Assembly (NCBI GenBank): GCA_951406725.2
Contig: OX597815.1
Span: 187,116,001 to 187,180,000, forward strand
Direction of reading: 5' to 3'
Length of the DNA: 64,000 nucleotides
From: Octopus vulgaris
Lineage: Eukaryota
Of this stretch, positions 11,596 to 25,700 are shown one piece after another. Positions within the stretch are counted from its first letter, which is position 1. Every line of letters starts with the position of its first letter. The notes beneath the pieces are model-generated. The model was not told where the DNA came from. It was given only the letters and a program-made list of their open reading frames with translations, and made no database searches. The translations under genes and the position numbers were made by a program.

Positions 11596-12231
11596 ATCTT
11601 CTATTATAGCCCCAGGTTAACCAAAACTTTGTGAGTGGATTTGGTAGAGAGAACTTGAACGAAGCTTGTCATATACAGGCTGTAATTGAAAATAATGGCT
11701 ATGGAACTATAGCCATTATTTCAAAATAACAGAAAAAAAGAACAATGTTTTAGAGAAGGAAAGATCGGCGGGTGTCTTTTATCTTCTCGTATTAATACCA
11801 TCCTTTTCATCATTCATCTCATTAATGTCTTTGTCCAACCCGCAACCTTCTCCCTCTGTGTAATGCCTTTATGGTATTATGGCAAAATCTTGAAATAAAG
11901 TTGTGAGTTGCTCAACAGGAGGACTACAAGACTTTGGCAGGGTTTCTTTGTGCTGTTGGCTGGAATGTTTGTCTTAGTCATCATCACCATTAAAAATACT
12001 GAATATACCATTTGTAATACCTTGATCCTATGTAAGGTGTTCTCACACTGCACAAGTCATGTACTGTCAATAAATGACTTAAGTACTTTGTTTTTGCTTT
12101 AAAAAATTGAAAAAAAAAAAGTTTTTTTTTTCTTTTCGTGTGTAATGCCATCAAATATAAATTGTGTACAAGTCATGTACTGTCAGTTAATAACCGACTT
12201 AAAATATTGTTTTATTAATTTGTTTATAATG

Positions 12232-12520
12232 ATCACCGTGACTGACCAGGCTATCAGATGTTGCTACACATCGCTGGTCACAATGCGCTTCACATTAATT
12301 TAGCCTTCAAATGACACCACCCCGCTGGCTAAGCGAGCAGGCCAATGGAAGAAAGAGTGAGAGAAAGAAGTACAGCAGGGATCGCCACCACCCCCTGCTG
12401 GAGCCTCGTGGAACTTTTAGGTGTTTTTGCTCAATAAACACTCACAATGCCTGGACTGGGAATCGAAACTGCGATCCTACGACCGCAAGTCCGCTTACCC
12501 TAACCACTGGACCATTGTGC
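12232..12520 (-). mobile_element. tRNA-headed SINE (family D); related element at ~42205-42515 (-)
   Basis: On - it reads cagtggttagggta...gtttcgattccc (A/B boxes). Shares ggaaagagNgagagaaag and aggtgttt.gctc with 42205-42515. Confidence 0.65.
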
Positions 12521-13281
12521 CTACATTTGTTTATAGTATTTAAACAAAATGTGACTGTTTTCCAGGTGACATTTTTTTCTTGTCTAAAAATGTGACTTAG
12601 CTTTTCTGGATACCTGTTGTGACACACAACAGCTTCAAAGCTCTTATCACAATTAATTACAATCCAGGTCTTCTAATTCAGTTGCAAATAGTGGAATTTT
12701 TTAGTAATATGCAATACCAAATTTGGTTCTTTGAGCAGGAAAATCTATGTGCATTAGATCAATGTAACATCCCTTGCCTTCTTAAAGCTAAAGAAACCAG
12801 AGTGATTCAAAAAGGATTACCTTTAGGTGAAATTTTTTTTGTTTTATTTTTTAAAGTTCTTTTAAACCTTTTGTCAGCATATTTCTCTTGAAATACACAG
12901 TCATTGTTTTAATTTATTTTGAAAAATAATGAAGAATTTAGTAAAATAACTTTGTTGTTATTAAGCTGGTGTTTGGAACAACATGGAATTCTGGAAGATT
13001 TTATAAATCTCTTTGAAACAGAAAGTTTGTATTTGTGTAACAGAACAAGAGAAGGTCTTAAGTGTCTTGGTATGAAAAGGGTTGAAAAGGTCATTAAATT
13101 CTGAAATTTAGAAAATGGGAGTCTTAGATTTTATTAGCATATTTTCTTTAAAAGCATTTTTAAAGTATTATTCTATAACCATAATTTAATTTTGAGTGCA
13201 TATAGTTAGCCCTAACTCATTTCAGAAACACTCCTAGATAGGGGTTATGTCTGAGAAAAAATAGTAGTTATCTTCCAGTGT

Positions 13282-13743
13282 TTAACCCTTTCATTACTGT
13301 ATTTATTTTGAGATACTCTGTTTCTTTCAATCATTTTTAAATATAGCAAAGAATTTAGTAAAATAACTTAGTTATAATTAAGCTAGTGTTAGGAACATAA
13401 ATTGTTACTAAGGTTTGGTAAAAGATTTTAGTTCAAAACTTATGAAAACAAGACATTTGTACCACAGAGCCAGTGGTGGTTTCAGGTGGGTTGGTATCAA
13501 AAGGGTTAAATTAATCATTTGTTAACCCTTTTATTACCATATTTATTTTGAGATGCTCTGTGTTACTTTTAATTAATTTTAAATATAACAGAATTTAGTA
13601 AAATAACTAAGTTATCATTCAGCTGGTGTTAGGAACATAAATTGTGACTAAGGTTTAGTGGGAGATTTTAATTCAAAACTTATGAAAACAAGACATTTGT
13701 ACTACAGAGCCGGTTTTGACTGGGTTGGTAATGAAAGGGTTAA
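13282..13743 (+). mobile_element. piggyBac-type MITE, tandem dimer
   Basis: Two ~220-bp units, each TTAA-CCCTTT...AAAGGG-TTAA, joined by TTAAATTAATCATTTGTTAA. Confidence 0.8.
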
Positions 13744-16321
13744 TTCTTTATCATTCAGATTACTCTGTCAAATGTAATGCTTATTTATTCATATTGATTT
13801 GAATTAAACATGCATTATCTTCTAGCTTTGAGAATTTGATGATGTGGTTATTTCTCTATGTCGTTGAGAGGTTAGTTAATGGCCTTAATGGTCAGTTGGA
13901 ACATAAAACAAGTAGAACATAAGAGTATTTATGCTGGATATGGCTGGTTTAAATACTAGAATTAATTTTACTTACATACAAAAGAGACAAAGCTGATCAA
14001 GTTTAAGACAATTACCTAGCTTAGACTTGACATGTTTGTCGCATTATTTCCACCGAATTAATGCCATTGATCATATATGATGATAATTTTGTTCAGCCCA
14101 AGATCTTTCATCTGAAACAGCCAAGCTATGACCATCTTGGCTTTCTAGGAGCATTTTAATTGCATTATCAAATATAGCCATTTTTGGAATTATTTGTAGT
14201 AGGTCAAGCAACTGCAGAGGGCCCTCTTTGGCTCATATAGATCAATGTAGATCATATATAAATTACAGATGGTGAGCTGGCAGAAATGTTAGCGTGCCGG
14301 GCGAAATGCTTAGCAGTATTTCATTAGCGTTCAAATTCTGCCGAGGTCGACTTTGCCTTTCATCCTTTCAGGGTTGATAAATAAAGTACCAGTTTCACAC
14401 TGTGGTCGATGTAATCGACTTAATCCCTTTGTCTGACCTTGTTTGTCCCCTCTATGTTTAGCCCCTTGTGGGCAGTAAAGAAATATATAAATTACAGATG
14501 GGGAGGAGTAAACACTGAGTCATCACTGATATTAATATATTAAATTCTTTCTTATTTAGAAAATATTTAACTTGTACAGTGATAAAGAATTATTAAAAGA
14601 AATTAAAATTTTGACACACAAGGCTAAAAAAGTGCCACTTGAACCAAATTATTGCAGTTTTATACAAGAATAACAGGATTCTATCTCCACTTATTAAAAT
14701 ATACCTCATAATATTGATTACTAACAGAACATGTAAAAAGCACCCAATACACTCTGTAAAGTGGCTGGCATGAAGAAGAGCATCTCGCTGTAGAAACCAG
14801 GCCAAGGCAGACTCTGGAACCTGGTGCAGCCACTGGCCTTGCCAGTTCCTGTCAAGCCGTTCAACCCATGCCAGCATGGAAAATGGATGATGATGATAAA
14901 AGAAGCACAAGGCTTCAAATTTAGGCGATTATGATCAATTAGATTTACTGCAGTCCTTAACAAGTACTTCGTTTATCAACTTCAAAAAGATGAAAAGCAA
15001 AACTGACTTTGGCAAGCTTTGAACTCAAAACATAAATATGGTTCACATTATTTGGATAAGTTGTATAAACCACAAACGTAAAAGCTGCAAAGTAGTGCAA
15101 AGTTGCTGGTAAGTCATGAATATGAAATGGAATAAATCATTCTGAACTATTTAATCTCTGTCTACCTGCAATTTTCTCTCTAATCAACTGCCTGGCAGGT
15201 GATGGGCTCCAGCATGCTAATTCCTCCTCTTCTTCCAAAGAACTTATATATAAAAAAAAAATAACAAAAAAAAAAACCCTTTGCATTGACCCAATGCCAG
15301 CATCAAGAGACAGTTAAGACAGTTTGCATTTATTTTGACAATCCTGCTGATTGAGTAAATAGGTTAACAGTCCAAGAACTAAAAAAAAAAAAAGTCAGAG
15401 GTACATTTTCACTTTGCTGAGACAAATGGCCCTGTCACCTAGTTGCAAATTGATACAATTTAGGAACAATTAAATGCTATAAATAGAAGCAGCACTGTAA
15501 AATTGCTGAGTGTTTCCTTATTCTGCTGAATTCAAACGTGTACTTTATTTCAGCTAAGCTAATTACACTTAATAAGTCTAATTTTGTTCCATTAAGCTTT
15601 TATAAAATGTTTCCTTTGGTAAGCATACTCCAGCGAGAAGATATAAAGTTTAGGTGATATTTTAAATATTAATTTATTATGTTATGTCAAAGACTATATA
15701 ACGAAGAAATATATTCAAAATTGTTATTTTCTTTAATAAGGAATAGCTGGTTTAAGTTTTAGGTGAACTTGATGAGAGAAAAATACATTAAGAATTCAAA
15801 GAAGCTTATCCTGAACAAGAATTAATAAACGAATATTGCCAAGTGCAAAAGCTCCTAATGTTGGGAAATTATAATCTTATATTCAAATAAAGGAACTGAA
15901 GGAGAAAAATACTTGCATATAGATCGGACGCAATTATTCTAGTTTCTTTGCTCATCAGTAATAGAAAAGATAACCTTGTTAGATATTTGAGAAAACTACT
16001 GGTTATCATCAATTTTAAATAAATAGAACCATTATTTTACATGCAACTTAAATGATTTAATTCGATTTTAAATTATTCCAAATAGTTATTCTTATTGTTA
16101 TCATTATTTATGGAGGGAAAATTGGAATAAACAGCGCTTATATTTATCAAATTCTTTTCTGTTGGCTTCGTTTTAACAGCTGAGAGATACTTTGCATAAT
16201 TTATTTTAACAGCTGAGAGATACTTTGCATAATTTATTTTAAGTTGTAATGTTACTGCATTTTCAATTTTGTCACGTGAATGGGGAAATAAAAAATATCA
16301 ATAACTAAATTTTTATTGATA

Positions 16322-16533
16322 TTCTTTTATTCTTTTCCTTATTTCAGTTATTTGACTGCGGCCTTGCTGGAGCACTGCCTTTAGTCAAACAAATCGACCC
16401 CCCAAGACTTATTCTTTGTAAGCCTAGTTCATTCTATCGGTCGCTTTTGCCAGACTGCTAAGTTACAGGGACGTAAAGACACCAGCAGCAGTTGTCAAGC
16501 AATGGAGGGGGGACAAGCACAGACACACAAACG

Positions 16534-16573
<40 letters not shown>

Positions 16574-16722
16574 GCTTCTTTCAGATTCCATCTACCAAAT
16601 CCACTTACAAGGCTTTGGTAAGACCGAGGCTATAGTAGAAGACATTTGCCCAAGGTGTCACGCAGTGGCCTGAACCCGGAATCATGTAGTTGGGAAGCAA
16701 GCTTCTCACCACACAGCACCTA
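16322..16722 (-). mobile_element. SINE family A
   Basis: Similarity to 2265-2672. Confidence 0.8.
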
Positions 16723-16769
16723 CATATTTAGATTATATACATATCCATCTAATTTGTTAGAAATCACTA

Positions 16770-17335
16770 CACTCCTACAGCAATTGTCCGGAGTAGGACT
16801 TTAAATTGGTAGCAGGGCCTGGGTACAGGATGTCCAGCATTTTGAGGAGTGTGGAACCACCTCTTGCCCACTGTTGTTCCCAGGACTACTCTGACCCAGA
16901 GTGGAGGCACCTGTTAGGGCCCAGCTATGGGTTAACTAGCATGTGTACTACCCGCTTCAAACCCAGGATACATCTGCTGATAATTGGCAAGGACTTGGGT
17001 CTGCGAATCCTCTGTGACAGTCAAGAATTGATGGCAAGATGAGCTGCTGTGGATCTCACAATCCCAAGGTGTCCATGCATGTAACTGGGGACCACATGTG
17101 AACTTGTATTTTCCACTGAAACTCCAAAAACAAACTGCAGTTACGACATTTGTGCCATCATCCAATGTGCCTGTTCCCTCCGTGGGGCATTTGTCAAATT
17201 TGCATGCTGGAATTTTGGGCCGCAGGCAGAAGCGCTACTTTGCCTGCTGGAACACTAGGATCAACCGTCAGATGTGATCAACATTCATGAGGCATGTGGT
17301 GGACTTGTTGGTTGAAGGCAGCTCAATCCACACAA
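16770..17335 (-). mobile_element. Degenerate LINE-like remnant (family unresolved)
   Basis: GC-richer island with broken frames and no splice-compatible exon. Strand is tentative. Confidence 0.35.
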
Positions 17336-17399
17336 GTACAATTAAAAGTACACCTACAGCAAGACTCATTAACTAAAGGACTAACAAATATATTCTCAC

Positions 17400-20104
17400 A
17401 GCTTCTAGAAAAATAGAGGCCAAAACATACATTCAATGTATGAGGTTTTAATCCTCTCTTTTTTTTTTTTTAAGAGGATTTGTAATTTTTTTAAGGCAAT
17501 AACAGAAAGCAATTAAGTTTCATTGAAAAGCTAACAGCAGAAGATCTTAACTGATTAAAGCTAATATAATATATACAGCTGCTACAAATAGATAAAATAT
17601 TTTTTGCAAAGTTTTCTAACAAAGTTGAAGCCAAAAGAATTTATTTTCTTCCCTTTTTTTTTTTTTTTGTTTGTTTGTCTATGTTTGTTTAAATAACTTA
17701 ATTCTGAATTTAGAAAAAATAGAATCACATCTAAAACATCATACAACATACTTGGGAAATGTTTCAAAAATATTAAAACGGAAAATACTGCCAAAGATAA
17801 ACCAGTACAGAGCAATATACAGAGATTAATATATTTTATTTGATCACAGTTTACATTTTTATGATTTTATGTTTATCTTTTTTTTTACAAAAATACTTCT
17901 CCATAAATGAGAATATATTACTAAAAATGCATTTTAAAATCAAATTATTGCACATTTATAAAAGTAATAAAATTCAAATTTTTAGGTTTATTAATAATCA
18001 AGCAAGCCATGTGCATATTTTACTTGCTATCCAAATAGAATAAAAAATGTGCAAATATTGATTTTTTAAAATTTATATAAATGTGTATGCATATAATATA
18101 TATTATACATATATATTAAACATATATATATATTATACATATATGTGCATTATATATATGGTATATACATATATGTGCATTATATATGTTATATACATTG
18201 CACACTATGTTTAGGAAAATGTGTTCAAAAAAAAAAGAAAAAAAAACAAAACAAACTATATACAATGTTTTTGGAGAATGCATTCACTTACAGCTGGCAC
18301 TGCATCCTTAAGTAGGAGGGAAATAAATTGTTTTTTTCACTCCCAGCTAGCAGCTTATATAAGTGGAAGTACCATATTTGCATGCACTTTTAGCAGTTTG
18401 TCAGAATTCAGAATCCCTTATGCTCTGCAAACTTGGAAATATTTCTGAAGAGGGGAAAGGGGACTTTTGCAAATCGACAATATCACTTGATCAATTTACT
18501 TATGAACAAATGTCAAGACACAAACTTATGACTATAAAAAATTTCATCTAAGCTTTGTTAAACGTTAGAACATTAATAAAAAAAAAATGATTATGTAGAC
18601 TATTTTTTATCAAGAAATATATATTTTTAGTGACTAAATATGATTTTTATTTTATCTTTAAAAAATAGTTTTATGTTGATTACCTAAAATGGGGGGGAAA
18701 AAAGCCTAAATATTAAAACTTAAGAATGAAATGAAATTAGAAGAAAAACTATCTATACATATGAAACATCTAAATTGCACAAGACAAGTGGTTTAGTTGC
18801 CTAAAATTGTATTAAAACCATTTGATATTTTAAATGAATGGAAAACAATTAAAATAAAGATTTGTTTTTTATTTTCATCTATAACAGGATGTGTGCCAGT
18901 AAGTTATGCTTTGTTCACAATGGTTTCAAAAGCAAAGGATTCAGTTAAAGAAAATAGGGACATATCTTGCACAATTTAACATTCACCAAAAAATTCCACA
19001 TCAATTTTCATAACTTACTACTTATACTACCAAGAGTTTTTAAAAGTAACCTACCAAAACTTTTCTAAAATCTTTAAATTAAAGAATAAAAACCATCACC
19101 TTTTAAAAGCGATTTTACCAGATATTTGTTTGTTGTTTTTTTGTTTTATGTTATAAAAAAAGCATTATTTTTAGAATACATACAAATAATTTTCAAGGAA
19201 GACACTGAAATATATTTTCATCAACTTTTCTCTTTTGCATGTAATTTTTTTTTTCCATCAGTCTCAAATAAAACAAATACTACCAGCAAACAGAAATATT
19301 TAAAACAATGCAGAATTTATTTACTGAAATCCATGTATTGTATGAAATAATATTCTGTTCTAACCAATCTTTAGATTATATTAATTCACACATTTTAATT
19401 TGGAAATATTTCTCAGGTTGGAGAAGCTTTTTTTTTATTTTATTTTTTTTTTTTTTTTTTACAATACTTTACATCTTATTGAAAATTAAAGCAAAGTGAA
19501 GAAAAACACTGTCACTAATGACCTGAGTGTATTAAAAAAACCATAATATTTTAAGTAGGGGTTAAGCCAACAATGCACAAAACTGCCTAAATATTGCAAT
19601 TTTGTGCGAGCTTCAAATAACTAACACCTCAACAGCTAAAATGTACAATTTTAGATTCTAAATTATGAAAATATTTACAAAGTAATATTCCTTTGCTTTT
19701 TCTACCTTTTAATGAACCATAAATAAAATATACATCCATGTGTCTAACCAACTGTACAAATTGATGCTGGATTTTTAGGATAAAAACAAAAATGGTCAAA
19801 TAGCAGTCAAAGTTAGAGAATAAGATCTTAAAGTAGAATAATTTACAATAAAGAAATATCTTATATGAATTCACAAGACTGTGTCCTTTTACAATGAAAA
19901 TATAAGAATTATTTGTAATATCTGTGAAACCAAAGGTACTAGTCCGAGAAATGATATGAAACAGAAATACCGCACGTTTCTCTTGTTTGCTTTGTTCCAT
20001 TAGTAGATATATATATATTAACACACACGCGCGCGCGCATAAATTTATACAGGCATATCCACGTGCACACTCAAATATATACAGACATATCCACGTGCAC
20101 ACTC

Positions 20105-20151
<47 letters not shown>

Positions 20152-21279
20152 TACAAATTATCTTGTAATCTGTGGAAATCTAATACATTCTCCAAAATTA
20201 TTTAAATAATGATTCATGAAAAAAAAAAATAAAATTTGGTAAATGACCTACTCTTAAATTGAAGCACCATCAATACTAAATCCAGCAACTTATAGTTCAA
20301 TACATATTTGATAAACTTGAAAGAAAGAATTTAATAAAAAAAACAAAAAAAAAAAAAAACAAAGAAACAACTGTAATGTGACAATGGCCAAAAAAAAAAA
20401 ATTAAAAACTAGAATTTTAAATAAAATTAAAAATAAAACAAGAATATTATAGAAAACAGAATGAATATATGAACTATATTTAACAAACTGTTAACTTAAC
20501 AGTTTCTTAAACTGCATAAAACAAAACAATGAAAATGACCATCAGGGTAAAGCGGTAACAAAAAAATTAATCACGGATTGAAAAACAAAATGAAGACGGG
20601 AAGGGAAGTGTTTAAAAGATGGTATTTTTCAAATTATATATTTTCTAAATTTCACAATGTGGTTCAGCCAACAATTTTGACCAATAAGTGAATAACCAAA
20701 TAACCCAAAATAGTTCTGACCAATCCCTTTTTTTTTATTTTCATGTGAACATTATTTTGTTGATTATCATTTTGAATTTGAATTGGTGAATAGAAAGAAC
20801 TCTCACACTCACACAGACAAAATTCTATAAAAAGAAATGTTTTTTTCAAAAAAAAAAAACCCACTTACAAAAAGCATTCATTCAATCATTTTTTTTTTTT
20901 TTTAACCAAGTGTTCAAAAAGCTTCCATCCTTGAATATGAAATTGAAATTTTTCCAAAATTGCTAGTTTAAAAATAAAAGTAAAAAGATACACAGAAAAT
21001 TATGCTAACTATTTACACATGCAGAATACTCAAATAAGTCACATGAGCGTGTCAATATGCATGAAGCCTAGTCTGAAAAATGAAATAACTAATTATTATT
21101 AACATAATACACCCATCAGTCCACATTTTTTTAATATATTTTTCTTTTTGTGTGGAACTGCTTTGGAAAAAAGAAGATTCTATAGCACTAAAGCTTCAAG
21201 ATTAAAGTGAAATATATGATGCATTTGAAGACAATTATCAAAAGAATTGGCAATAATTTCATATATATATGCATTAGCC

Positions 21280-21312
<33 letters not shown>

Positions 21313-24300
21313 TCTGAAATTAAAAAAAAAATTGAAACTAGTTCCCGAATAGTGTCCACCAAGATGCAAGTCATTGATTTAAGTCTGTATGGTACCCCAG
21401 TTTAGCTTTAAGTCACATGACATGTACCTTTAATGTCAGAGCCAAAAAGCAATATTTAAAACAATATTGTATGAATAATGAAAAACTGAAAACGTTTTTT
21501 TTTTGTGTTTCATAGATTCATGTAAGTAATTGATAAATTACTCAAACACCTGCAATGAGTTCGGTTTTTCTCACCATAAAGCAATAAGAACATTTACAGC
21601 GTTATCTAAATGTACACATTTGTATAAAGAGTATCATATTTCACTCAATGAAAATGCAAACATGAAAAATTCTGATCATATTCTCACAGATATTTTAGAA
21701 TTGTATAAGTAAATTTGAATTGACTAAAAACAAATTGGATTTATTCTATAATTATTTTTATAATCTTGAATTGCAAGACCCTTGAAATAATTATGATTTT
21801 AAGCAACATAAGCAGGATATTTCCCCATAGAAATATTTTTAAAACTTTTCAAATGTCAGCAAAAATCACTTCATTTTTTTTTTTTATCTGATTCAGCAAA
21901 CGCCAGGAGAAAAAGGCAATACTTATTTTTATTTTTATATAGTGAATCAAGACAAACTACTATGTAAAATTAATATTATTTAATTAATAACAGATGTAAA
22001 ATTCTCAGTTGTTTAATAATTAAACAGAATCCCGTTTAGACAGCAGATCATTTCCAGTGAAGTGTTAGCTTTGCAGCCCTAATATTGGTGATGCACGCAC
22101 AGGTAGCTGATCACCTCAGATTTCTGTCATAATTGAACAGGTAGATAATGTAAAAAGCTAACTTAGAATATCAGAAATTTATGGTACATGCAATATTTTC
22201 AGCTATATTTATATGAATGCGTCTGGTTGTGCATGTGTGTACATGCATGTGCGCAGTTGTACTCCACTGTCAAACATGGAAAAATGTATGCCCAACACCT
22301 GAGAATAAAATCACTAAAATGAATTAGAAAATGAAAAAAGATTAACGGATATTTTACCTAAGTATTTTAGATCTTCCTAGTTGTGTACACAATAGATATA
22401 TTTAGTTGAAATATCCATATGTATACAAACCCAATTCAAACTTTTTACAATTCTAAATTCTCATATATACTTCATGTATTCAGATTTTTGAACCAGAATC
22501 TGAAAGGCCGGCATAAACTACTTACCAGCTGATATCAAGAAATAAAAGTCATGAACGGTAATTTATCTCATCAACTCTTATTTTTATGACAAAGGCACAA
22601 ACATGGTTTGATTGATTAGTTATGGACAAAGACAGAATATAAAACTGTCGATTTAAAAAGAAAAAGAAGGCACAAACATCCCTCACTTGATGAGTTATGC
22701 AAGTAGGGATAAGAGTGCCGTACTAATAATTTTCTGCACTCTTATTAAATGTTTAAATTAAAAACACCACAAAATAAGTGCTTGAACACTATGTGTGGGG
22801 GAGAGAAAGAGAGAGAGAGAGAGAGAGAAGAAAAAAAGACCCAATTTTGAATCAAAATTGCTTTTAAACCAATAATGTTTCAATTAATGTGAATACTATC
22901 TACCATTATTTTGTAAATATGGAAACATTAGTATACGGCAAGTAAAATTAGCGAACAGTCTAGCTTATTATATACTGAGCTATTCAAAACTAAGAGAGAA
23001 GAATGAATGAATGAACTAACTGTAAAACGAATTATTGTGGATTAACAATTAAAAAAGCAAAATTAAATAGTCAAAAAAAAAAAGAAAAAAAATTAACTTA
23101 TTTCCCATTTGAATTTTAAAGCAATAAGCCTTTAATTTGGTTTGATTCATCTGGATATCTTATAAATTAGTCGAGTAAAATTTTCAGTAAAATTTCTCAC
23201 TACACTAACTGTATAGTTCTCAAATCAATATACACCTAAATAATTAATTATAATATGAATAAATCAAATTCAGTTATGAAGGAAAATTCAACAAAATTGA
23301 TTCTAGGAATTTGTTTTCTGTTAGTGTTTTTTGGTTTTTATAATCATGTTAATTAAAAAAAAAAAAATGACATCTAAATTAACAGATAGCCCTATAATTG
23401 TTTAAATAAAATTGTTTTAAATATACTAATTAAACAACTTCATACTGAGTTATTTTCGATTTTTCCAATTTTATTTATTTGTTTTCCAAGATATGCAATT
23501 CTGATATTCCAGGAAGGAATAATATAAGCATATTTCTGATCCCTTACATAAGGCACTAATAATGAATGAATCTGTAAAAAAATAAACAAAACTTTTAAAA
23601 TCATAGCCCAAAAAAGTAAATAGAAATGTTTTGGGAAATTTCTTTAAAATATTGTTTTTGCTGAAAAATTCCATGAAATAATGGAAATTACAGGTAGTTT
23701 TATGGTAACTCATTGCCTATCAATAAATTGTCTATTTCAATCAACTAAAATACATAAAATTAAAAAAATGTTGTTTTCCTTAAAATTAAATCCACTTAAT
23801 TCTAAATTTAATTTTTCCATTAATAAAATCTCAAATTATTGATACTAAACTCTAAAGATCATCAAAAGAGTGTAATGAAAAGAGGACCACCCCGCCAAAA
23901 AAACAAAGACTTATTTCCAAACCCTTCTAAGTATGCCCTTAGAGATTGTTATATCTGTTTTAAAATTTGCCTAATCGTATTTTTTTGGGGAAAAAAAGGA
24001 GTTTTAAATCAATTCTTTAAATTGATATCAATCAAAAAAGAAACAGGTAAAAAACGTTTTAAAAGCTTAGGCAAAGATCTGTTTACAGGTAACTAAAATA
24101 CTTTCAGCACTAACTACAATGCTACAACCACTGACTCAAATTTGGCAGTCAAATAAGCTACTTTGTGTCTACATCCTGGAGAAATCTTCCTTTTTTTAAA
24201 TCCTAGCAGAGTTGTATGCTCCTTGATAGAAGAGGGTTGTTTACAAATTTATATATATAGTCATTGATTTCTGCTGTCTGTTCATTCCTCTGTCCCAAGA

Positions 24301-25700
24301 TCAATTTGTATGGATTGTTTAAAGCATATATATATATATATATATTAGCTTAGAGGGATATATATGTGTAGGTCATCATAACCATAAAAATATGATGCAT
24401 GACATTATAAAACAAAAGGAATTAAATTTTGAGGATGTACCAGTTTCCAGAATCCCTATCATTATAATTATTGCATATATATATATATATATATAAAAAA
24501 TTAAATAAGGGTAGAAATTGATATTAATCAATTAAAACCAGTGGCCTAGCATATTTTTAAAAAGTCCGAAGATTAAAAATTTTTTTTACATACAAAATGG
24601 CGATTTTGACATCTATATGTAGCCTATAGGCTGTCCATTTTATTAGTGGGCAGTCCTCTAAATTTTGTATATATATATGTATGCGGTCTAAATTGAAGAA
24701 TTAAATTTTTTTTTTTCTGTAGAACTAATTTGTGTTTGAATGCAGAATGTAGACACAAAGGACATATGAGAAAGAAAGAGAGAGAGACTCAAAAATGAGT
24801 AATGCCTAGTTTCCAAGAATAGGTTTATCAAAATTACAACTAGAAGCCAATAAGACTAACTCATCACTTTTTTTTTTTTACATATTAAAAATTTTTTTCT
24901 TCTGTGTGTGTGTGTATGTGTGTGTGTATATTCACAATAAATAAATAAAATTAAATAATAATAAATAATAAATTAGAATAAAGGTAGGAAATAGAAAGTG
25001 ACTACTGCCTGGACATCTACGTAAATGCAATATTCTAAGAGATCAAAATCATCCGTATGTTGTTAGGTTTGAATACTTATTACATTTAATCTACTAACTT
25101 CAATGTGCAATTAACACAAAATTACCTTAAGTGGCATGCACAGTTTCTTGTGTGATACCTTCTGTAGAGCTTTTTCTATATAAATATAAAACATTATTTT
25201 GAGATAATACTCAAGAAAACAGACTACCAAAGAAATTTAGGGGAAAATCTTTATCCTTTAGTAACAAAAGAAAAAAAAAAAAAAAATGGAAATTTGACTT
25301 TGGCAACTTCCTAGCTTTAAGCAGGAAACAATCAAGAAATGTCTAACAAGAAGCAGACTGTTATTGAAAATTTTATGGATCAATAAAACAATGGAATCAA
25401 AATGGTATTGTAACTCATAAGGCAAAAAGAGAGTTAAATATATTTTTAGCACAAGTCATTATCAAATTTCAATTGATTCCTAATAAAATTTTGTGAATTT
25501 AATATTATTTTTTTTTGAAAAATAGGAATAGCTAAATTTTCCAACCACCTTAGAATTTTTCCTTTTTTTTTTTTTTTTCAAGTAACTTTGGAGTGTTTTT
25601 GTAGTTCTAGACAAAATTGTTAATGCTCTCACGCAAGTCTTTGAATTGATATTTTGAAAGGGGGAAAAAAAAAAAAAAAAAGAAACCCTAATATTCTTCA
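17400..25700 (-). promoter_or_regulatory. Putative very long 3'UTR of the ARID5B-like gene
   Basis: Directly follows the stop codon and is nearly free of the SINEs/MITEs seen every 1-2 kb elsewhere. It has U-rich tracts, miRNA seed sites and PUF sites. Sense-strand AATAAA candidates at 17640-17645, 17835-17840 and 17987-17992. The end point is uncertain. Confidence 0.6.

Noticed and set aside
16170-16222. ~31-bp tandem duplication (ttttaacagctgagagatactttgcataatt)
   Set aside because: Simple local duplication with no further structure.
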